Assembly (NCBI GenBank): GCA_963708525.1
Contig: CAVPTH010000009.1
Span: 273,351-337,350, forward strand
Direction of reading: 5' to 3'
Source: an uncultured Verrucomicrobiae bacterium
Lineage (GTDB): Bacteria > Verrucomicrobiota > Verrucomicrobiia > Limisphaerales > UBA11358
DNA: 64,000 nucleotides
Shown piece by piece: positions 1 to 7,137 of this stretch; positions within the stretch are counted from its first letter, which is position 1, and each line of letters begins with the position of its first letter. Below the pieces are notes generated by a model. That model did no database searches and had not been told where the DNA came from. It saw only the letters and a list, made by a program, of their open reading frames with translations. The translations under genes were made by a program, and so were the position numbers.

Positions 1-266
1 AACTTTTTGATTTCCGATTTGTGCAGGAGCAGCTTGCGCGGAGCCTTGGGCTGATGGTTCTGGAGATTGCCGTGCGAGTATTCGTCGATGTGCGCGTTGT
101 AAAGCCAGACCTCGTCCTTCTCCACCCGCGCGAAGGCGTCGGTGATCTGGCCCTTGCCCGCGCGCAGCGATTTGACCTCCGTGCCGTGCAACACGATGCC
201 CGCCTCAAACGTCTCCAGGATGTGGTAATCGCGCCGCGCCTTGTGGTTGGTCACGATGTCGGCCAT
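1..266 (-). CDS. smpB: SsrA-binding protein SmpB; 3' end cut by the window edge
   Basis: Absent from the ORF track because there is no stop in the window. Reverse complement from the ATG at 266-264 reads MADIVTNHKARRDYHILETFEAGIVLHGTEVKSLRAGKGQITDAFARVEKDEVWLYNAHIDEYSHGNLQNHQPKAPRKLLLHKSEIKKL, a typical SmpB N-terminal part. It supersedes the 21..320 + ORF. Confidence 0.9.
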   Translation of the reverse strand, partial: MADIVTNHKARRDYHILETFEAGIVLHGTEVKSLRAGKGQITDAFARVEKDEVWLYNAHIDEYSHGNLQNHQPKAPRKLLLHKSEIKK

Positions 267-276
267 GACCGTTTGG

Positions 277-388
277 GATTTTTGATTTATGATTTACGAT
301 TTATGATTTGCAGCCGGTGATCGAGCTTAGGTCTCACAACGGCGCTTTTAAAAATCATAAATCATCAATCGTAAATCGTAAATAAATC
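277..388. repeat. hairpin of inverted heptamer arrays: GATTTNN x5 (277-311) and NNAAATC x5-6 (350-388)
   Basis: Read directly. Left arm: GATTTTT GATTTAT GATTTAC GATTTAT GATTTGC. Right arm: AAAAATC ATAAATC ATCAATC GTAAATC GTAAATA AATC. Confidence 0.85.
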
Positions 389-641
389 AGCGCTTGCGGC
401 GTTTCTTGGCCTGCGGCCGGACCAATTCGACCGGTTCGGGCATTTCCCAGCCGATTTTCTCCTCGAGAATTTCCCGGAGCGCGATGTCGGCCACTCCGAG
501 ATTGGTGGTGTTGGCCACCAACGGACGGCTTAACCCGCCGCCGCCCGCATTGAGCTGGCGGACCCGGCGGGAAATCAGGTTGACGAGTACGTTGGGGTTG
601 CCAACTTTTTCGGCAGCCTTCCTACACAATTCAGCGTTCAC
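387..641 (-). CDS. rpoZ: DNA-directed RNA polymerase omega subunit
   Basis: 84 aa. NPNVLVNLISRRVRQLN matches the conserved omega N-terminal helix motif. Small size and basic tail fit. Confidence 0.7.
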   Translation of the reverse strand: MNAELCRKAAEKVGNPNVLVNLISRRVRQLNAGGGGLSRPLVANTTNLGVADIALREILEEKIGWEMPEPVELVRPQAKKRRKR

Positions 642-864
642 AATTTCAAGTCGAAAAGAGCGGGAAAGAATAGCTGCTTCGCCAACTTAAGCAATAAGAA
701 TTTTGCTGATTTTTCGAAACCGGATTTGATGCGATTTAGCGGCCAAATGGCATAAAACAGGGCAAATCCTGAAAACACGTCAATCAGGGAGGCTGGGGCC
801 GGTGGTTTTCTCCATCGGCCCACGGTATCCCGAACACATGATGCAATTAATCAGGCGATGAAAA

Positions 865-918
865 GGTAGGGACATCCCGCCGGGATGTCCGCGGACGCCG
901 CGGCGCGACGTCCCTACC
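865..918. repeat. nested palindromic REP-like element
   Basis: Outer arms GGTAGGGAC (865-873) / GTCCCTACC (910-918). Inner hairpin GACATCCC-gcc-GGGATGTC (871-889). Confidence 0.7.
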
Positions 919-986
919 AATGAAAATAAAATTCCCGGATAACCCGTTGCTTGCCCGAACCGGATTTTTTCTTAAAATAACGGTGC

Positions 987-1886
987 ATGTCCGCCTCAAA
1001 CCAATTTGATCTACAGGATTTTCTGGCCACGCGCACCGAAACCGTCAACCGCGCGCTCGATAAATTTCTGCCGACCGAAAAGACCAGGCCCGCGACCATC
1101 CACAAGGCGATGCGCTATTCGCTGTTCGCCGGCGGCAAGCGGATGCGTCCAGCACTTTGCCTGGCCGCCGCGGAAGCTTGCAATGGACGCGAAACCGATG
1201 CCCTGCCGCTCGCGTGCGCCGTCGAGTGCATCCACACTTATTCGCTCATCCACGACGATTTGCCCGCGATGGACAACGACGATTTCCGTCGTGGCAAACC
1301 GACCAACCACAAGGTGTTCGGCGACGGGATTGCCGTTCTGGCAGGCGATGCGTTGCTGACGCAGGCGTTCGAAATTGCCGCGCAAGCCAAAGGCTGGCCG
1401 CGTTATCCCCACCGGACGATTATTTTGGAGATCGCGAAGGCCTCCGGTTCGCTGCAACTCGTCGCCGGGCAGGTGGCGGATTTGGAAGGTGAAGGCAAAA
1501 AAATCTCCGCCAGCGAACTCCGCTACATCCACGAGCGCAAGACTTCCGCGTTGTTATGCTGTTCCGTACGGCTCGGCGGCATGAGCGCCAACTGCACGTC
1601 TGCGCAACTCAAGGCCCTGACAGATTTCGGCTATCACGTCGGGCTCGCGTTCCAGGTGATTGACGACATCCTGGATGTGACTCAAACCAGCGAGCAACTT
1701 GGCAAGACGGCGGGTAAAGACACCGCGGCGCAAAAGGCCACCTATCCGGCGATTGTCGGTTTGGAGAAATCCCGAAAGATTGCGAAACAACTGACCGCCC
1801 GAGCCTTCGCCGCGTTGAAGCTGTTCAAAGGCCGTGCCATCGCACTCGAAGCCTTGGCGGAATTTTTGTTGAAGCGGGATAAATGA
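987..1886 (+). CDS. ispA: polyprenyl (farnesyl/geranylgeranyl) diphosphate synthase
   Basis: 299 aa. First Asp-rich motif LIHDDLPAMDNDDFRRGKP and second motif FQVIDDILD; GKRMRP motif also present. Confidence 0.9.
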   Translation: MSASNQFDLQDFLATRTETVNRALDKFLPTEKTRPATIHKAMRYSLFAGGKRMRPALCLAAAEACNGRETDALPLACAVECIHTYSLIHDDLPAMDNDDFRRGKPTNHKVFGDGIAVLAGDALLTQAFEIAAQAKGWPRYPHRTIILEIAKASGSLQLVAGQVADLEGEGKKISASELRYIHERKTSALLCCSVRLGGMSANCTSAQLKALTDFGYHVGLAFQVIDDILDVTQTSEQLGKTAGKDTAAQKATYPAIVGLEKSRKIAKQLTARAFAALKLFKGRAIALEALAEFLLKRDK

Positions 1887-2017
1887 AACCAGTCGAGGTA
1901 ATATATGCAACCTCAGTTTGAAATATTTCCGGCTGAAATTTGATTTGCTTCCAGCGAAGGGAATTTGGGGAACGAACACCTGATCGTAAAAGCCGATATT
2001 TCGCGACTTTGGTTTTC

Positions 2018-2179
2018 CAGCACCGTAGGTGCGGCATATTTGCAGCCTCGAAAATCAAATCCATCTTGAGCCCCGTCGGGGCGGCATATTCCATCATCTG
2101 TTCCTACGATGCCGTTCCTGACGGAGCTTGGGGATTTTTGGTCGGGTTTTCTACAAATATGCCGCGCCTACGGCGCTGG
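2018..2179. repeat. three copies of a ~27-nt GC-rich motif ending GCGGCATATT(TG), third copy inverted
   Basis: CAGCACCGTAGGTGCGGCATATTTGCAG (2018-2045); CCCCGTCGGGGCGGCATATTCCATC (2071-2095); CTACAAATATGCCGCGCCTACGGCGCTGG (2151-2179) is the reverse complement of the same motif. Confidence 0.75.
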
Positions 2180-2225
2180 ATTTCATCAGCCCAATCGCTC
2201 GTTTGCAGATACGGCTTTTTCTCCA

Positions 2226-2846
2226 TCACAATCCCGCGGCGACCGCGAAAGGATCCCAGGAACTGTCTTCGTGCCATTCGAACTCCGCCCGGCGCGCAAT
2301 CTCCAAGCTCTTTTCCCGACCGCACAGCCTGGCAATCACGGCCAGCGCCATGTCCATACCCGCGCTGACACCCGACGATGTGAAATACTTGTCGTCCTCC
2401 ACCCAGCGCGCCTTCGCGATCCAGTTCACCTTCGGCGCATTGATCTTCACAAGCTGAAAGGCCCGCTTGTTCGAGGTCGCTTTGCGCCCGTCCAGCAATC
2501 CGGTTCTGGCCAGCAGAAGACTTCCCGTACAAACGGTGGCAACCAGCTGCGAGCCCTCGGCCAAGCGCTTCACTTCAGCAAGGAATTGCGTATTAGTCAT
2601 TTGTTTCCGGGTCCCAATCCCGCCTGGAATGAGCAGCACATCGAACCCGCTGGCGCCCGCCATTGTCGCGTCGGCCATTCCACTTGGGCCGGCAGCGCTT
2701 TTCACGGCGCCGATTTTCTCGGCCGCCACAGTAATCCTGGCGTCACCTTCTAAAAGACCGAACATTTCGAGCGGTCCATAACAATCAAGCAGTTCGAATC
2801 CCTCAAACAGGACTGCGCCCACCTGAATTGGTGATGAAACGTTCAT
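2226..2846 (-). CDS. DJ-1/PfpI (ThiJ) family protein
   Basis: 206 aa. LLIPGGIG and the nucleophile-elbow-like ATVCTGSLLLARTGLLDGRKAT are typical of the class I glutamine amidotransferase-like DJ-1 family. Confidence 0.85.
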   Translation of the reverse strand: MNVSSPIQVGAVLFEGFELLDCYGPLEMFGLLEGDARITVAAEKIGAVKSAAGPSGMADATMAGASGFDVLLIPGGIGTRKQMTNTQFLAEVKRLAEGSQLVATVCTGSLLLARTGLLDGRKATSNKRAFQLVKINAPKVNWIAKARWVEDDKYFTSSGVSAGMDMALAVIARLCGREKSLEIARRAEFEWHEDSSWDPFAVAAGL

Positions 2847-2868
2847 AAGCGATTGGCCGATTCGCCGG

Positions 2869-3768
2869 TTAAAACCTCGTCAGTTTTTCCAATTCCTTTA
2901 CGCGCCGGTTAATTTGGGCGCGACTGGTTATGGTGGTTTGTGTCAGGCCGAACCCTTCGCAGCAGAACGAGGCCACGACGCTGCCGTGAATCATCGCGCG
3001 CCGGAAATTATCGTCGATCGAACCGCGCGCCGTCGCCAGCCAGCCCATCATCCCGCCCACAAACGAGTCGCCCGCCCCGGTCGGGTCCACCACCTTGGAC
3101 AACGGGTACGCCGGGCAGATGAAAAAACCGCGCGGCCCGGACAAAATCGAGCCGTGCGAACCCTTCTTGACGATGACGTATTTGGGGCCGAGCTTGTGGA
3201 TCTTCTTCAGCGCGGAAAAAACGTTGTCTTCCTTGGTCAACTGGTGCGCCTCGCTGTCGTTGAGCACAAAGCCGTCCAGGCGCCCGAGCAGTCTCAGCAA
3301 ATCCGGCAGCGCGATGTTCAGCCACAGGTCCATGGTGTCGGCCACGACAAATTTCGGACGGCGCATCTGGTCGAGCACGTGGTGCTGGAGTGCGGGCGCA
3401 ATGTTTGCCAGCAGGACAAATTGGGCGTCCCGGTGCGACTCGGGCAGCGTGGGGGTGAAGGTCTCGAACACGCCGAGTTCAGTCAGCAGCGTGCGGCGGT
3501 TGTTCATGTTCACTTCATACTCACCCGACCAATGGAAGGTTTTGCCGGGCAAAATCTGCAGGCCTTCCAGATCAATTTTATGCCGGCGATAAAGCTGGAG
3601 ATATTTTTTGGGGAAATCCTCGCCGACGACGCCCACCAGTTTGACCGGGCTGAAGAAGCTCGCGGCCACGGCGGCGTGGCTGGCCGAGCCACCCAGCAGG
3701 CGCGGGTTTTCGGCTTTGGGCGTTTTGATGGAATCCAGCGCGGTGGAACCGACAATGAGAACGCTCAT
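2869..3768 (-). CDS. PfkB-family carbohydrate/nucleoside kinase
   Basis: 299 aa. N-terminal LLGGSASHAA and C-terminal DPTGAGDSFVGG (PfkB signature 2). Confidence 0.85.
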   Translation of the reverse strand: MSVLIVGSTALDSIKTPKAENPRLLGGSASHAAVAASFFSPVKLVGVVGEDFPKKYLQLYRRHKIDLEGLQILPGKTFHWSGEYEVNMNNRRTLLTELGVFETFTPTLPESHRDAQFVLLANIAPALQHHVLDQMRRPKFVVADTMDLWLNIALPDLLRLLGRLDGFVLNDSEAHQLTKEDNVFSALKKIHKLGPKYVIVKKGSHGSILSGPRGFFICPAYPLSKVVDPTGAGDSFVGGMMGWLATARGSIDDNFRRAMIHGSVVASFCCEGFGLTQTTITSRAQINRRVKELEKLTRF

Positions 3769-3782
3769 TTATTCAGGGTCTG

Positions 3783-3869
3783 GGATTTAGGTTTTTGGTT
3801 TTGGTTTTGCCCTCACCCCGGCCCTCTCCCATCGGATGGGAGAGGATGGCGCGAAGCGACGGGTGAGGG
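3783..3869. repeat. single-arm GGTTTTN array (3783-3809) abutting a nested hairpin element (3810-3869)
   Basis: Array: GGATTTA GGTTTTT GGTTTT GGTTTTG. Then outer stem CCCTCACCC/GGGTGAGGG enclosing inner stem CCTCTCCCA-tcgga-TGGGAGAGG. Confidence 0.75.
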
Positions 3870-3884
3870 TTTCAGTGGACACTT

Positions 3885-4280
3885 TCAGCCACCGCCTTTG
3901 CCTTTTTGAATCAGCTCGATTTCGTAGCCTTCCGGCGCGTCGATGAAGGCGAAGGTCGTGCCGCTCGAACTGGTCGTCGGGCCATCCGAATAGTTCAGGC
4001 CGTGTTTGGCCAGGTGTTTCGCAAACTTGTCGAGACTGTCCACCTCGAACGCCAGATGCGTCAAATCCGGTTGCACCTGGACCGAGGCGCTCCCGGGAAA
4101 ATGGCAAAGCTCAATTTCCTCGTCACTGCCGGGTGCCTTGAGAAAGACCAGTTCCGAGCCCCGCGGCGATTTGTGTCGCTTGATTTCCTCGAGACCGAGG
4201 ATTTCGCGGTAGAACTTAACCGTCCGTTCCAAATCATTCACGCGATAGCGCGTATGCAGGAGCTTGTTGACCTTGCTCAT
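3885..4280 (-). CDS. VOC family protein, lactoylglutathione lyase-like
   Basis: 131 aa. LLHTRYRVNDLERTVKFYREILGL ... IELCHF ... THLAFEV ... GYEIELIQ follows the glyoxalase I fold pattern. Confidence 0.8.
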   Translation of the reverse strand: MSKVNKLLHTRYRVNDLERTVKFYREILGLEEIKRHKSPRGSELVFLKAPGSDEEIELCHFPGSASVQVQPDLTHLAFEVDSLDKFAKHLAKHGLNYSDGPTTSSSGTTFAFIDAPEGYEIELIQKGKGGG

Positions 4281-4295
4281 GCGCGGAATTTAGCA

Positions 4296-4330
4296 CTCCA
4301 ACTCCCAAAGTCCAACGTCCAAAGCAACCT
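4296..4330. repeat. heptamer array NTCCAAM x4-5
   Basis: CTCCAAC TCCCAAA GTCCAAC GTCCAAA GCAACCT, 16 nt upstream of the VOC gene start on the opposite strand. Confidence 0.7.
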
Positions 4331-4453
4331 GTATCCGGAGCGTGGCGGTTCCGGCCGCAAATGGCCAAAAATTCCAGCAGCCTTCTGCAATTCCATTGCG
4401 TCTTTCGTTATTGCTGCACGGCGCCTGAGACAGGCGCGCTCCGCCGTTTGTTT

Positions 4454-4495
4454 GACTTTAGCCTTTAGCCTTTGGCCTTTAGCGTTTAGAATTTG
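4454..4495. repeat. heptamer array GCCTTTR x6, ending 4 nt before the nusB ATG
   Basis: GACTTTA GCCTTTA GCCTTTG GCCTTTA GCGTTTA GAATTTG. Confidence 0.8.
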
Positions 4496-4499
4496 ATTT

Positions 4500-5000
4500 A
4501 TGGGTAAACGCCGTGAGGCGCGTGAACGCGCCGTCCAGTTTCTGTTTCAGCACGACCTGAATCCGCCGGAGGATTTGGACCGGGCGCTGGAGGAATTCTG
4601 GCAGACGCAACGCGCCGCGGCCATCGCCGAGGAAAAAGGCCCGGCGACGTGGGGTCAGCCCCACGAATTGCCGCCGCCAACCGCCGAAGAAGCCGAAACG
4701 CGCCTGTTCGCCGACCCGCTCATCCGCGGCGTTCTGGAGCATCGCGACGCGATTGACGAGCGCATCAAGTCCCACGCAAAGAACTGGGAATTTCACCGCA
4801 TTGCGACGGTGGACCGCAACATCATGCGGCTGGCCATCTATGAAATGCTCCATCGCGAGGACATTCCGCCCATTGTCAGCATCAACGAGGCGGTGGACGT
4901 CGCGAAGAAATTCTCCACCCAGGACAGCGGCAAGTTCGTCAATGGCATTCTGGACAAGATCAAGGGCGAATTGATGCGTCCCGCCCGAATCGTGAAATGA
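4500..5000 (+). CDS. nusB: transcription antitermination factor NusB
   Basis: 166 aa. RREARERAVQFLFQ at the N-terminus and VDRNIMRLAIYEML ... INEAVDVAKKF ... KFVNGILDKI. Confidence 0.9.
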   Translation: MGKRREARERAVQFLFQHDLNPPEDLDRALEEFWQTQRAAAIAEEKGPATWGQPHELPPPTAEEAETRLFADPLIRGVLEHRDAIDERIKSHAKNWEFHRIATVDRNIMRLAIYEMLHREDIPPIVSINEAVDVAKKFSTQDSGKFVNGILDKIKGELMRPARIVK

Positions 5001-5845
5001 AATTCGCCGACTTGCATCTGCACACGTATTTCTCCGACGGGACGTTTTCACCGGAGGAGCTGGTCGGACACGGCCATCGGCTGGGCTTTGCGGCGCTGGC
5101 ACTGACCGACCACGATTCAGTGGAAGGTTGTGCGCGCATGACCGCGGCCTGCGCGGCAGCGGGCATTGATTTCATTCCCGGCACCGAACTGACCGCCGAG
5201 CACAACGACACGGAGATTCATCTGCTCGGCTATTACCTGGATACGGAGAACCAGACGCTACTGACGGAAATCGCCAAATTTCAGGCTGTGCGTCAGAACC
5301 GCATTCATGAAATGGTGTCGCGGCTCAATGGTTTGAAAGTGCCGCTGAAGGTTGAATCGGTATTCGCGCTGGCCAACTGCAAATCTCCCGGCCGTCCGCA
5401 CGTCGCCCGGGCGCTCGTGAAGGCCGGGCTGGTCGGGAGCCTGGACGAGGCTTTCGAGCGTTTTTTAAAAAAGAACCGGCCCGCCTGGGTGCCCAAGGCC
5501 AAAATGTCCGCGCTCGAGGCGGTGGAGCTCATCCATCAGGCCGGCGGACTGGCGGTCATGGCGCATCCCGGATTGAACCGCACCGATGACGTGATTCCGG
5601 TCCTGGTCGAAGCGGGCCTGGATGGCATTGAATGTTTTCATACCAAACATTCGACCGCCGCGTCCGAGCGATATCTGGAAATCGCCGACAAATTTCATCT
5701 GCTCATCACTGGAGGTTCGGATTGCCATGGTTTCAGCAAGGGCAAACCGCTCATCGGCACCGTCAAGCTGCCTTACGAACATGTCGAAATATTGAAGGCA
5801 AAAGCTGAAGAACGGAAATACTCCACCACGGATGGACACAAATAA
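4997..5845 (+). CDS. PHP-domain phosphoesterase (TrpH/YciV-like)
   Basis: 282 aa. DLHLHTYFSDG ... LALTDHDS ... AHPG ... GIECFH ... GGSDCHG metal-ligand pattern. ATGA overlap with the nusB stop. Confidence 0.85.
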   Translation: MKFADLHLHTYFSDGTFSPEELVGHGHRLGFAALALTDHDSVEGCARMTAACAAAGIDFIPGTELTAEHNDTEIHLLGYYLDTENQTLLTEIAKFQAVRQNRIHEMVSRLNGLKVPLKVESVFALANCKSPGRPHVARALVKAGLVGSLDEAFERFLKKNRPAWVPKAKMSALEAVELIHQAGGLAVMAHPGLNRTDDVIPVLVEAGLDGIECFHTKHSTAASERYLEIADKFHLLITGGSDCHGFSKGKPLIGTVKLPYEHVEILKAKAEERKYSTTDGHK

Positions 5846-5965
5846 ACACGGATTTCTCGAAAACGGATTATTGGAGTACTCCAGCTGCCTGGTGTTTCGC
5901 CAATCCATCAATCCACTAATCCATCACTCCGGTTTTCATCCGTGTCCATCCGTGTCCATCCGTGG
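5826..5965. repeat. long imperfect hairpin with octamer (YAATCCAY x3) and decamer (CATCCGTGTC x3) tandem units
   Basis: CCACGGATGGACAC (5826-5839, inside the last codons of the PHP gene) is the exact reverse complement of GTGTCCATCCGTGG (5952-5965). Octamers at 5901-5924 and decamers at 5937-5965. Confidence 0.75.
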
Positions 5966-5975
5966 TTAAAATCAC

Positions 5976-6889
5976 ATGGGACTTTTCCAGAAATTCAAGG
6001 CCGGCCTGCAAAAAACCCACAGCCAGCTGGCGCATGAAATCAAACGCATCGTCACACGCTCGCCCAAACTCGACGCCGCCACGCTCGAGGAACTGGAAGC
6101 CGCGCTCATCGCCGCCGATCTCGGCCTGGGCACGACCGCCCAAATCGTGGCCGCCGTCAAGCACGCCTACGAAACCCAGGGCGGTGCCGGTCCGGACGTG
6201 TTTGCCATCGCCCGCGCCGAAGTGGAGAAGAGCCTGGGCTCGAATACGACCGACCTGATCCAGGCACCGCACGGCCTGACCGTGGTTTCCATTGTCGGCG
6301 TCAACGGCACCGGCAAGACCACCACGTCCGCCAAGCTCGCCCATCTGATTCAAACGCAGAAAGAAGACCGCGCTGCTGGCGGCGTGCGACACCTTTCGTG
6401 CCGCCGCCATCGAACAAATCAAATTGTGGGGGCAAAAGCTGAAAGTGGAAGTCGTCGCCGGCGCCTACGGCGCGGATGCGGCTTCCGTCGCGCACGACGC
6501 CGTCACCGCGGCGCAATCGCGCAAGGCGGATTACCTGTTCATCGATACCGCCGGCCGGCTGCACACCAAGCACAACCTGATGCAGGAATTGCAGAAATTA
6601 CATCGCGTCATCGGCAAGCAACTGCCCGGCGCGCCGCACGAAGTCCTGCTGGTGCTCGACGCCACCACCGGCATGAACGCGCTGAACCAGGCGCGTGAAT
6701 TCAACAAGGCCGTACCGCTCACCGGCCTGGTGGTGACCAAACTCGACGGCACGAGCAAAGGCGGCATGGTCGTGGCCATCCAGAGGGAACTTGGCCTGCC
6801 CGATCAAATTCATCGGCCTTGGCGAGCAGGCGGACGATTTGCAGCCGTTCGACGCCAAACAGTTTGCGCAGGCGTTGTTTGAGGAATAA
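5976..6889 (+). pseudogene. ftsY: SRP receptor FtsY, reading frame broken twice as assembled (+1 near 6358-6366 and +1 near 6799-6803)
   Basis: The first frame gives ...IVGVNGTGKTTTSAKLAHLIQTQ. The next frame continues KKTALLAACDTFRAAAIEQIKLWGQKL...FIDTAGRLHTKHNLMQEL...LVVTKLDGTSKGG...QRELGLP. The third frame continues IKFIGLGEQADDLQPFDAKQFAQALFEE, with a stop at 6887-6889. Confidence 0.85.
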
Positions 6890-6957
6890 AGGAAGGAGAA
6901 ATTATCTTTGGTGCATATGCTTGGTTCGTCGATCCTCCGCGTGCAATTGCGCCATGG

Positions 6958-7081
6958 CGTAGCGGCGTCTCGGCAGAGCGCCGCACTTCTCTGTGAATTT
7001 TCAAACAACGGCGTTCAACCAAGTTGCCGCTGCGTAGCTTGATTGATGTTCATTTTGCGGTTTTTGCCAAAAGCCGCTACG
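6958..7081 (+). repeat. REP-like element with CGTAGCGGC / GCCGCTACG termini, long copy
   Basis: CGTAGCGGCGTCTCGGCAGAGCGCCGCA at the left end and AAAGCCGCTACG at the right end. Same family as 8823..8896 and 39461..39533. Confidence 0.75.
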
Positions 7082-7137
7082 TTGGCACGCCATGATTTCC
7101 TCGACGAACGCCGGCCAGAATCGCAAATTGACCGGTC

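Noticed and set aside
21-320. 99-aa plus-strand ORF at the window start
   Set aside because: The opposite strand reads as an unmistakable SmpB N-terminus from the ATG at 266. The plus-strand ORF is its antisense shadow.
277-388. The tandem short repeats here and at 34742, 36891 and 57682, considered as CRISPR arrays
   Set aside because: The units are 7 nt and directly abutting, with no unique spacers. The arrays come as complementary pairs, and no cas genes are present. They are not CRISPR.
6350-6810. Programmed ribosomal frameshifting in ftsY
   Set aside because: There is no slippery heptamer plus downstream structure of the known types, and two separate shifts would be needed. Two other, unrelated genes in the window carry the same kind of +1 break at homopolymers. 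Assembly error is more parsimonious.
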